DNA from: Eledone cirrhosa
Taxonomy: Eukaryota
Reading direction: 5' to 3'
Assembly: GCA_964016885.1 (NCBI GenBank)
Contig: OZ024747.1
Location: forward strand, 72,974,001 to 73,038,000
DNA length: 64,000 nt
Part shown: piece by piece, positions 46,310 through 57,652 of the stretch
Position numbering within the stretch: position 1 is the stretch's first letter
Layout: every line of letters starts with the position of its first letter
Notes under the pieces: model-generated
The model's input: the letters and a program-made list of their open reading frames with translations, nothing else
Told to the model about the DNA's origin: nothing
The model's database searches: none
Position numbers and translations under genes: made by a program

Positions 46310-48130
46310 ATGGCGGAAAAGATGGCAGACATGTCTGCCATTAGCTCTGCCACGCCCCCCAAGTCTGAAGAACAAAAAATAATTACAACAAAATTAGACA
46401 TTGAAACAAACAAACAAAATGAAAAAACAAATGTTAAGGAAAATGAGCAAACAGAAAACAAACAAACAGAAAATAATACAAATAACGACAGGGCAACTTT
46501 CGCCCAGAAAACAAAACAATCCATTACATACACACCAATTGACCTAACTGCCGCCAGAGAAAAACTGGCCGAAGCAAAGAAACGCATTGTTTTGGGGGAG
46601 AACGGAATGTTTTCCATTAACTCCCCCCCAGAATTCAAGAAAGCCAGAGCAGAAAACACAGTTCTCTACAGAACTATACTGAACCAGACAAGAAAGCCAG
46701 CACAGCCCAGCCAAATGGAAATAGAGTTAGTCCTAAAAGACTATATGAAGAATATTCTCTTCATACGAAAGGACCGACTCTATGGCAGCATTTCAGTCCT
46801 AACAAGAGACAAAAAAACGGCGGAGAAGCTTTCCCTAAGCCCACTCTCATCGACAACATATAGCTTCTATCCCTCCTACATGGGTAGAAGAACACAGAGA
46901 GTAAAAGTAAAAACAATGCTGCCCACAATGGACTTCTGGTGGGCTATTGCTGGCTTCATTGATATGGGCGAAGACACAATGCTGTCAATGGGGAAGGCAA
47001 CTGGAGATGCGTTCCTGGGAATGGGCCTCGACATACTAGTCCAAATGAGGCCCGAAAGAATAGCACAAATCCCGGATCGCATCTGGCTGGATGACCTTAC
47101 CCCAATAGACATAATTGTAGAGGGGAGAAGACCAGCATGCTATTTATGCATGGAAAGGGGACACGTTAAGGCTAACTGCCCGAAACGTATACCCCAAAAA
47201 GGACTATTGCCCACACCCACCACAAACAGTACACCAACACCACGCACCTCCAAAAATACACTAATACCACACACAGCAAACAAAATACAGACACCACCAA
47301 CCACAAACACAACACAAACATCACCACCACCAGCACCAAACACAAGCACGACACAAAAATCACCACCACCAACCACAACACAAACACCACCATCACCAAG
47401 CACGACACAAACATTACCACCACCACCACAAAACCCATTCCAAACAAATAATAAAAAAAACAGTAACAAATCTACCCCTCCCGCAAAAAAAAACAACCAC
47501 ACAACACGTCCCTCCCACCTAGCGCTGAAGAGTTTCACCCAACTTCTGAAGAAGCAGGAGGAGAAGCCTTCAGAGAAGTTAAAAGAAAAAAAAGAAAACA
47601 CACACCCAGCACACCACAAATAACCCACACACAAACACCAACTCCAATCAAAAACACCCCACCCTCAACAAACAAAAATAAATCTGCGCCTCCCCTCTCC
47701 GAAACATTGACAGCATCACAAAAAAAGACGTTGCAATACACATATATAAATAAAGAAAACAAAAAAACTGGTTAAATTAATAAACAATAACCCTATGGTG
47801 CAGACCGAAGGGCCAAACTTTATCTCAACAGAGAACTTCACCCATTTAAAAATGATAAAGGTCCCTCTGGACCTTTATCGTTCCTTAAAAGAACAATTTA
47901 GACGGGACGTGAGCCCCCCCTGTTTAAAACCGTTGAATCGCGTCCTCTTGAAAGATTTCCCCATAACCGCCCCTCTCCCTGACACAACTCCAAATACCCC
48001 AACCCCACCACACACGTGTACCCCCACACCACCACAAAACATCCCTTCACCCAACACACCTGATGCCATGGAAATTACGCAACCCGGAGAGGTAAGTGCT
48101 TTTCTTTCTTCACTTTCAACACCAAAATAG
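46310..48130 (+). pseudogene. Copy 7 ORF1, frameshifted in A-runs
   Basis: Split into 446-aa and 111-aa pieces; A-run indels near 47490 and 47765. Confidence 0.82.
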
Positions 48131-48135
48131 ATCAA

Positions 48136-51100
48136 TTGAGAGTTGGCTGTTTGAACGCGCGTGGCCTGGGATCAGCTTGGAAGCAAGCAAAGCTTCTAAG
48201 TGACCTCAGGTCACAAAGTATAGATGTGATGGTTGTTTGCGAGAGTCGGATCAGCAGCGTGAGACAGCTGGCGCCCGCCTTCGATGACTTTGAGATGCAC
48301 GCATCTCTCTGTCAACCCGGAGGCGGGGGGGGGGGGGGAGTTGCCGTACTGCTGGATAAACGTCTGACTCTCGACGTACAGATTGTTCACTCGGACCCGG
48401 GGGGTCGATTACTGGTGCTGGACGTCGGAGGCGGTGAAGGCGGGGCTTTCAGACTGGTCGGTCTTTATGCTCCCTTCGGGGCGGAAAGAGCCGACTTCTT
48501 CCAGCGTCTGGAGACTTTTCTAGGAACGTTGCGTTCCCTGCTTTTAGTGGGGGACTGGAATGGAATCCTAGATGCGCGTTGGGACTATGCAGGGGCATGT
48601 CCCGATAGAGGGGGGGGGGTGTAGCAGCCTCAAGGGGTTACTCGATCGATTCGACCTGGTCGATAGATTTCGACTAGATTGTCCAACTGCGCCAACCTGG
48701 ACCTGGGCAAACCGCAGTGGACAATCTAGATCGTACCTAGATAGGTTTTTGGTTAGGAGTAAGGATAGGGACGTATTTAGTTGTCCAGAACTGATCATGG
48801 TTGGCTATTCAGATCACAAATTAGTGACCTGCGTGGTCAACCTTGATAGAACGCATAGACAGGGTCCCGGTTACTGGAAGATGAACTTGTCCTTACCGAC
48901 AAAGAAAGATTACAGAAACCGGATTAGTAGCTTAGTTAAGATGCGGTTGACGGGAGCGATCGTCAACAGTAGGTGGTGGATATCTCTAAAGAGAGAGATT
49001 AGAGTAAGTTCGATAGGTTACAGTAAGGAACTAGCGGCGAATAGAAATAGGAAGGAAAGGGAGTTAACAGATAAACTAGAAGAGGCGATTAGGAGCGGAG
49101 ACGTAGCCAGAGTGTTAGCAACGAGAACGGCATTGAGCCAGTTCTTTGACGCGAAGCACGAAGGCTGCGTTGTCCGAAGTAAAATACGTGCTTTAGGAAA
49201 CGAGGAGACCAAAGCTTTTAGCTGGGCCCGCGTGACAGAAGCCAAGAGTGGGATTAAATCCACCATTCGGTCTTTGCGAGACCAGGATGGACGGGTGATC
49301 CTTGAACCTGAGCGAATGTGCGAGACCTTTCAAAGGCACTTTGCTCGACTGTTCGGAGGTGGCGGGGGGCCGGACGGGGATGTGGACTTCGGTCCATACC
49401 TCGACGGTTTACCGCGTCTTTCGAGCGGCGAAGCGGAGTGCTGCGAAAGGCCAATCACAGCCACTGAAATCGGGGAAGCGCTCAGCCAATGCAGCAGACG
49501 CAAATCCCCGGGTCTCGATGGTCTACCATACGAACTTTATTTAGCTATGCCGGTCTTGTTCTCCGAACTCCTCGAGGCTGTCTATTGCAACTGGCAACAG
49601 AACGGGAGAATTCCCTGTTCTGTGACCAAGGGCGTGGTCACGCTAGTGAGGAAGGACGAGAGCAAGGGGGACGACTTAAGTAACTTTAGGCCCATAACTC
49701 TGCTGAATGCAGAGTTACAGATTTTGGCCAAGGTGCTGGCGAAGAGGTTGGCGCTTGTGGTGTGTGGTTTGGTGGGAGACGCGCAGACATGCGCTATCCC
49801 GTCCAGGTCCATTCACGACAACCTCCACCTCATGCGATACATCATAGAGAGGGTTGGCTACGAACCCGGCTTTGGTGGGGCCCTGATCAACTTGGATCAA
49901 TCTAAGGCGTTCGATAGGGTCGACCATGGTTACCTGGATGCGGTGCTAGCGGCGGCGGGCTTCGGACCCGTTTTCAGGGGCTGGATTTCTGCCATGCACA
50001 GTGGCAACATCTACTCTAGGATTAAAGTAAACGGCTACCTCTCGGAGCCGTTTCAAATCACCCGATCCATCAGACAGGGGTGCCCCCTCTCCTCCCTTCT
50101 GTACGTATTGACTCTCGAGCCACTGCTGCGGAAGTTGGAGTTGCTGCGGGGCATACCCCTGGAACCGGGATTGCACAAAGCGGTCTCGGCCTATGCCGAC
50201 GACGTAACAGTAATGGTGGCGGACGCCTCGGAAATCGGGGCGATCGCCACCCTACTGGAGGAATACGAAAGGCTGACGGGGGCTAAGCTGAACCAGGACA
50301 AGTCAGTCGGTTTGCAACTCGGAACGTGGAGGGGCAAACCGATGCCGTTAGACGGTGTCGTCGGGCGGTGGACGGAGGGCCCGGTGAAGCTGCTCGGGGT
50401 CTGGTTCGGACCGGACCTCCAGGTGGAGAAGAATTGGGGCGAGGTGACGAGCAGGGTGTTTGCGCTGACCCAGAAGTGGGCCAAGTGCAAACTATCACTG
50501 AAAGGTCGGGCGGAGGTGACGAACGCTTACATAGCGTCCGTCATCTACTACCGCCTGACCGTCGTGCCTTGCCCCAAGGAAAAGCTCACCATCATGGAAC
50601 GCATGCTCTTCCAATTCCTCTGGAAGAAGCGGCCTCCCATGGTGAGGAGATCCATCTGCTGCCAGCACCCTTCGAAAGGAGGGCTGGGTATGCCGTGGCT
50701 GTTGATGCGTAGGCACGCATTGAGGCTACGGCATCTACAGGTATTCCTCAACAGTCAGCCGGAGTGGGCCCCGTTTGTGAGGCGAGCCTTCCCACAGCTC
50801 GTCTCGCTCACCGAACTGCAATCCTGGGTGAAGCAAAGACCGAGAAAACTAGGCAACTGGCACACCGAGTGTGCCCAGGCGCTCACGGCTATCTGGCAAG
50901 CGGACCCGACTGTCAGTGGAGAATCCACCTCGACATTCTATAGAGGGTTGGTGGCTAGCAGGGGCGACGACACCCTTGGAGAGTCGCTAGGCATGGAGGA
51001 GGACGAACTGGCCAGCCTGTTCGGTAGAACTTTCGGCCCGGGACCCATGGACAACTTCCAGAGGTCCCTAGCCTGGCAGTGTTACCGGGGGGCTCTGCCC

Positions 51101-51573
51101 GTTCGAGAAAAGCTCTACAGACACGGGCGCCCGGGCAGGGATCCCGCGAAAAAGATCTGTCCCAGATGCGTGCGCGACGAGGAAACCGTTGCGCATGCAC
51201 TGGTACACTGCCCGGGCGTTGCCGATCTGTGGGGCTACGTCGAACGACTGCTGTCGCGTGTGGCGCCGATTCGATTAACCGCCGAGTCTGTGGTGAACAT
51301 CAAGCCGCCTCCTCCCTTCAGAAATGAAGCAGAGGCGGTCTTTCTGTGCGTAATAGCCATGATGAAAGAGGTTGTGTGGTGGACGCGCCTGAAAGGTCTG
51401 AGGTCGGGTGACTTTCTCTCCGGCCATCACCTGGTTTACTTCTTCCGATACCACTTCGGAAGAAGAATCAGGATGGAGAGAGAAGTGCTTGGTCCCAGAC
51501 AGTTTTATGAAAGGTGGGTGAAAAAGCGAGAATGGCCCGTGTAAATGGGCCTTCTCTCTACATTGTTCTGTAG
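48136..51573 (+). pseudogene. Copy 7 ORF2, frameshifted
   Basis: G14 tract (in frame), G10 versus G6 at 48610-48619 (frameshift), and a 1-nt deletion near 51523. Confidence 0.82.
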
Positions 51574-51825
51574 GTGAAGAAGTGAAGAGGAAAGGGGGAG
51601 CGCCTCCTCTCTGGGCTTCCCCCGCGAAAAGAGTTGCACACTTTTCGGGGGTATGTGCAATCCCCAACACGCCCCCTCCCTTTTGAGGACTTTTTATTGT
51701 TATATTATTATTGTTATTCCTTTTTTCTTTACTCGATTTATGTAAACTCCCCCACTGTGTAAATGTCCCCTTCTTTTGTGCCCTCGTGGCAAATAAATAG
51801 AAATTTATCTATCTATCTATCTATC

Positions 51826-52559
51826 AGGCTTGGCAGTGCTACCGAGGAGCTCTACCAGTTCGAGACAAGCTCTACAGACATGGGCGCCCGGGCAGGGACC
51901 CTTCGAAAAAGATCTGTCCGGGATGCGTGCGAGACTAAGAAACCGTCGCGCACGCATTCGTACACTGCCTGGGCGTTACCGACCTGTGGGGCAATGTAGA
52001 ACGACTATTGTCGCGGGTGGGACCAATCCGGTTGACCACCGAATCCATTGTCATGATCAAACCACCACCCTCCTTCAAAAACGAAGGAGAGGCGGTTTTC
52101 CTTTGTGTGATAGCTATGGCGAAAGAGGTTGTAGGGTGGACAAGGTTGAAAGGGCTGAGGTCAGACACCTTTCTCTCCGGCCAACAACTGATTCTTTTTT
52201 TCAAATACCACTTTGGAAGAAGAATCAGGATGGAGAGAGAGGTCCTGTACCCCAGAAATTTTTATGAAAGGTGGGTGAAAGTGGCGAGAATGGCCCGAGT
52301 GAATAGGCCTTCTCTATATCAGCCTGTAGGTTGAGGAAAAAGAGGAAGAGAGGAAAGGGGTACTCACTCTTCGTACTCCTGGAGATAAGGGTTGCACATT
52401 TTTTTTCGTGGGTATGCGTTACCCATATGTAATGTCTCCCCCTATCGATTAATTTTTAAATTGCATTTGTGATAGTATTTTACACGTTTTTATTGTATGT
52501 AAACTTCCCCCTTTGTATTTCTCTCCTTCTTTTGTGCCCCTGTGGCTAATAAAGAAACA
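51826..52559 (+). mobile_element. Family B second 5'-truncated copy
   Basis: Starts at the AWQCYRGALP-coding region with indels; 3'UTR resembles 39340-39564; ends AATAAAGAAACA plus (TATC)4. Confidence 0.9.
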
Positions 52560-52704
52560 TATCTATCTATCTATCAGTGCGTGGAGGAAGCAGACAGAGT
52601 GGTTGCACTCTTTCACGATCGCAACTTGCCCAGCGGGGGAAAGGCGCAGGAGATGACGTCACAATGAAAGTCCCCACCGTCAATAATGATGGGGACGAGA
52701 ATAA

Positions 52705-52912
52705 TACGATGGTCGGCTGAAAAGTTCATAGGTTGAAAAGTTCATGGGATGGCCAAGATACTCTCATGGAATGACCAAATGAGGTTTACCTTTCAACATA
52801 GTCCCTAGAAAGAAACAATGCAGTTATTAATAAGGAGAGTTGAAATTAATGATTTCACAGCTCTAGCGTCACTTCTTCAGAGTCAGCCCATGAGCTCTTC
52901 ACCCCACCATAG
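52705..52912. mobile_element. Tc1/mariner-derived MITE-like remnant
   Basis: Left end TACGATGGTCGGCTGAAAAGTTCATAGGTTGA and an imperfect inverted copy TCAGCCCATGAGCTCTTCACCCCACCATAG. Confidence 0.6.
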
Positions 52913-53110
52913 GGTGATATCCTGTTAGATAATTATGATTTCACAGCTCTAGCATCACTTCTTCAGAGTCAGCCCATGAGCTCTTCACCCCACCATAAGG
53001 TGATATCCTGTTAGATAATTATGATTTCACAGCTCTAGCATCACTTCTTCAGAGTCAGCCCATGAGCTCTTTACCCCACCATAAGGTGATATCCTGTTAG
53101 ATATGATTTC
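52849..53110. repeat. Three tandem copies of an 86-bp unit including the MITE right end
   Basis: ATGATTTCACAG recurs at 52849, 52935 and 53021, with a partial copy at 53103. Confidence 0.92.
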
Positions 53111-53461
53111 TGAATATTTTTGAGCTGAAGAAATTGAACCTTTTACATTTTATAGGCCAGAATGAGTTATTGAGTGTAGAAATATTAATAAGCGATCAAT
53201 TTTCGTTCATTTGCTACTGTATCGATATCAAAAGATATTCCACCCTTAATGTTTATATTGGAGTCATTTAGAAAATCAGAATATGATGGTATTGAGTGTG
53301 CAACGAACTTTATTGTATAGTGAATTAAATTGGAAAACGACCAGGATCTATAGACGTTGGTCGATACCTTTAATAGCTGTTAACCTCAAAGTAAAGCAAA
53401 ATCTTCCAAGTGGCAAATATTTCAGTTTATCAAAAATTCTAGTACAACACAAAACCTGCAT

Positions 53462-53521
<60 letters not shown>

Positions 53522-53595
53522 ACACCACTACTAACACTACTACTATAACATTACTACTATAATACTACTACTATATATAACACTACTACTACACC
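53462..53595. repeat. (CTA)n microsatellite, degenerate toward the 3' side
   Basis: Seen directly. Confidence 0.95.
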
Positions 53596-54622
53596 TAAAA
53601 GGGGGAAGAAGTAATGATTCAGCAATAGAGCACAACATTATATATAAAAAAATCCAAACAAATATGAAATACAATAGAACCAGATACTTCTTTGATGCTT
53701 TACTGCACTTGCTGTCATGTGTTGGTTATAGTTGATAAATAAATGTTTCAGATTATAGGTCCGGAGTCCTTTGAACTGTTTTTGGTACCACTATGTCGTG
53801 GCTTATTAAAACAATGACTTGATGCTGCTTGCTCTTCCGAAAATGACTATAAATAATATCTGATCTTATTAGTAACAAGCTTGGGGCTTCTCAGAGATAC
53901 GGTACTTGAAAGCATTTTGCATTTGATAGATTTAATTCCATCTCATTTCAAGTCTTTTTCTTTATTTGTTAGTGTACTAGATATACTATGCATACGTGAT
54001 CATAAACGTTGGCGATAACAATTTTCAAGACCTGTTAAATGAAATTTGGAAGAAGATAATTGAGAAAGAGGATAGTCGTAAGACATAGAAACAAAACAAA
54101 ACAAGTATCTGACAGAACTGCTTCCAACGAATTGTTTGTATTAGTATGCAGACCATGTTAAACAAGGCTTGTGATTGGCAGCATTCTATAGTAATTCACA
54201 GTACTTTAACAATGGAAACTCTCGCCATACTTACTTGAAGCAGAATAAATAGAACTGAAAAAGAAATATTCAATGGAATTTGGTAATTAACAAATGGTTT
54301 AGAGATTTATTGTGGCAGACATAATCCGTCTGAAGGTGATGTTAACATCCCCACCTGACCCTTGAATACTTTTAGCAGTGTTTACACTGTTTCAAACATT
54401 ATGGCTAAGTCTCCAGTCTAAAGACAACTTCTTCCCATCCTTCCACCAGTCACGGAGATTCTGAAACTGGCCACGAGAGCTGGTCTTTCTCTTCTGACTA
54501 CCCTTGACAGAAAATACTTTACCCATATTAAAATATATTAATAGTGACAAGTTGCATTCAAATTAATAACGAGAAAACTCTGGATATTATGATTAATATA
54601 ACACAAGTTATATGATGTGGTA

Positions 54623-54760
54623 TGGTTCCATAACTCCTGATGGAGTCGTAAGAGTACCGTATGGTCGTAAGAGTACCGTATTGACATACGGCATTTCTTG
54701 AGACATTTTCAATCTAGGCGGAGCCCATTTTTCTCCAAGTCTGAATGTAACAGATTTCTT
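54623..54760 (+). repeat. Unclassified dispersed repeat, related to 63880-64000
   Basis: Shared GGT(T/C)CCATAACTC..TAAG.GTACCGTATTGACATA..CTCCA.GTCTGAAT. Confidence 0.55.
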
Positions 54761-55844
54761 CCAGGGAAAGATATCTGTTACATTCAGTGTCCCAGGCCAG
54801 TGTCCCTCGCCAACAGAGTGCGGATGGTGCATAAACTATAATGTAAAATTATTTGTAAATCTAGACGTCGAAAAAGTATTAAACTTTCTAGAAATTTAGA
54901 AATATGTTACTGAAATATTGTATAAATCTAACTGGGTAAGTAATGTTAGACAAACTGGTTTGAATTTTAGAATACATATCTTCTTAAGTTTAACAACGCA
55001 ACTACCTTTAAGCTATTATATTTCGACCCGTGGTTAACCAATCGGTCAATAAACTTCAACTATGATCAGTAAAGGATATTTATGGAACGGTGGTATTTGA
55101 CTTGAGAAACGGAAAAGAAGAGTTAGTAATTTATGATTGACATGTTTTTGCAGCATTTCTTGTCCATAGAAAACTCGAAGGAAATCTATAACTCAACACG
55201 ACTATAATTACTAAAATGTCATATAGAGAAATAAATATAATTTTTTGACAAATATTTGTAAACGTCCTCTTTAAAAACTCTTTAGCATTTTGCAAACGTA
55301 TTTATAATTTGTTCCTTGAAAATAATTCATCATTTTATGTAATTGTTGCGTGAGAATCTTACAAATCTTTTATCTGGAGAAATACTTTTATCAAGAATTT
55401 AACTCTAAACTCACCAGTCCTGATGGAAAGAACGTTACATATGAATAAGTTGGGAAATAAATACACCAAAATATTTTGAATATAAAATGGAAAATACAAC
55501 ACAGACATACAAATATACACAAACATCTAAAACAAAGATGTATGGTTTTGTAATTGACGTCGAATGAAACGAATAATTTATATCCCAAGTTTCAATCATT
55601 TATGAGAAACATATGAAACAAAGAAGGTGATAATCCATGAACGATCCATCATGAATGGCTACTGAGACAGCTTGTTAAAGCAGAAGTCTCTCGAACCTAA
55701 TTATCCATCTATGATAAGTTAAGCATTACAGGTTTCCTCAGGTTAATTTGATATTTGAAATACCTTTTCCTTTTAAGAGTGTAGTTACTACCAGAAATAT
55801 GATAGTTTGGTGCAGAAAGGAATATTCTTGGCCGTATTCCATTC

Positions 55845-56186
55845 AATCGATAGAGTTCGTAGCTCGGAGATCAGAGAGTCGCTCTAGGTATAGTCGCTAC
55901 TTCTCCGAATTGAAAGATCACAACTCCGATACTATGGGCATGTGGTTAGAATGTCTTAGGAAAGAATCGCGGGACATATTTTAAGGAAAAAACCAATCGA
56001 CTGGAGACCCAGGAGTAGATTCAGAGTAAGATGGTTGGATAACATCCATGAGCTCGGTTGGTTTCACTTGGGGATCCAGCCGGATCAGTTTGAAACGGTT
56101 GCTTCTGACAGGAACTGGTGGAGGGAGTGATTGAGGACTCAACCCCACATCCCTCTCAGGAATAAGTCGGAGAAGAAGAAAAAGAA
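55845..56186 (+). mobile_element. 3' fragment of an RTE-clade LINE (Expander/Rex3-like), decayed
   Basis: Manual translation DRVRSSEIRESL*V*SLLLRIERSQLRYYGHVVRMS*ER..RPRSRFRVRWLDNIHELGWFHLGI..SDRNWW matches the RTE C-terminal pattern; AGA-repeat tail. Confidence 0.78.
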
Positions 56187-56314
56187 GTAGTAGTAGTAGT
56201 AACAGCAACAGTAGTAGTAATAGCAGAAGCAGTAGTAGTAGAAGTAACAGCAACAGTAGTAGTAATAGCAGAAGCAGTAGCAGTAGTAGTAGTAGTAATA
56301 GTAGTAGTAGTAGT
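56187..56314. repeat. (AGT/AGC)n trinucleotide repeat
   Basis: Seen directly; it gives the poly-Leu ORF on the minus strand. Confidence 0.95.
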
Positions 56315-56789
56315 CCATTCAAGATATTCAGTAGTGTATCGGACATTTGCAGATGAAATAAAACACTATTTTGTTTTAGGAAATGTTATTTGCATAGAAA
56401 ACATGGAAATAGTTGAAATTAGATGAAACTAATCAATCTCTGTTTTAACAGGTTCAAATAATAAACTACCGACAATGTTTCTGAAGGACAAATTAGTAAT
56501 CAGTTATTAAACAACTTGAAATTTAATTTATTCATATTATGGAAATGTGACATTACTGAAATTAAAATAAATCGAATGAGCCAAGGAAAATAACCCAAAC
56601 GAACCAATGGCAAGATTTTAGGCAGATATAATAAGAGACCTTCTGAATGACGTATGTAAAATGTTCTCAATCAATTGAAAGGTTCCTTTTAGTTGGTTAA
56701 AGAAAACAACTTTTAAAGAAAGGGAGAAATAATTTAAAGAAATTAAGATTTTATTTCACAAAATTAATTTACATAATTAGGAGCAGATC

Positions 56790-56952
56790 TGATCATTGTT
56801 TGCAGGCAATGGGGCAGCTACGGACGTGTTTCCATTTTATTGGATTTCATCAGCAAAGCATAATCGACTCAAACCTGCTTTGATCAATCCTCCACAGCTT
56901 TAGTATCACTCATTCATAGCTAGCCTATGAACTTTTCAGTCCATCCTCGTAC
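56790..56952. mobile_element. Mariner-like terminal fragment, same family as 52705
   Basis: Ends AGCCTATGAACTTTTCAGTCCATCCTCGTA, a near reverse complement of the 52705 end; the subterminal CACAGCT.TAG.ATCACT is also shared. Confidence 0.6.
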
Positions 56953-57260
56953 TGATCCAGTACTGTGCCGAAGTTGCGACTGCCAGATAATATCAGCAAT
57001 AAAAATACTACTGGAAACACTATTTCCTTGGTGTGATCTGACGACCGATTTTATTCCTCACCCCCTCTCATTCCTAATGTACCGAATTGAATTATTTAAT
57101 GGTTTAGAGCTATATCATTGAAACCTTTCCATCGAGTGTGTTGACACATTTTTTCACAATATCGTATTTGAAAGGAGATCAAGTTTTTATTCAATAACTG
57201 TCTCCTATATAAAAGTTCATGAGAAAATCAATATTTATTGCATAAAAAAGTGTCGTAGAT

Positions 57261-57410
57261 TGGCAGAATTGGTAGAGCGTTGGATAAAGTGCCTGGGTTT
57301 TTACATTCTGAGAGTTCAAATCCGGTTGAGAACAACTTTACCTTTCATCTTTCCGGTGTCGATAAAATAAATTACTAATGAAGGTTTGGGGTTGACTTAA
57401 TCAACTTTGT
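57261..57410 (+). mobile_element. tRNA-derived SINE
   Basis: TGGCAGAATTGG A-box, GAGTTCAAATCC B-box and the same central block as 40164. Confidence 0.75.
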
Positions 57411-57427
57411 CTGTCTTTTACTTAAAT

Positions 57428-57652
57428 TGGCAGTCTCGATAGAGCGTCGGACAACATGCTTCGAGGCATATAGTTACGTCCCTTTACATTGTGATTTCAA
57501 ATCCCACCGCCGAGGTTAGCTTTGCCTTCCATCTTTATGGGGTGGGGGGTGAGGGTCGATAAAATAAAGTACCAGTAACGTACTGGGGGTCGATTTAATC
57601 GATTTCCCCTCCACCAAATATTGTTGGTTTTGTGCCTACATCAGAAACGATT
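57428..57652 (+). mobile_element. tRNA-derived SINE, in tandem with the previous one
   Basis: TGGCAGTCTCGATAGAGCG..TTCAAATCCC..GTCGATAAAATAAAGTACCAGT..TGTGCCTACATCAGAAAC. Confidence 0.75.

Larger units (their letters stand above)
46107..51805 (+). mobile_element. Family A copy 7, full length (5699 bp), both ORFs frameshifted
   Basis: (TATC)6 at 46083-46106 before and (TATC)5 at 51806-51825 after. Confidence 0.97.

Noticed and set aside
51590-51680. HDV ribozyme in the family A 3'UTR (GCCTCCTCTCTGG resembles the HDV P3/L3 sequence)
   Set aside because: I could not build P1, P1.1 and P2 in the right order, and the motif is not kept in family B. The simpler pseudoknot fits better.
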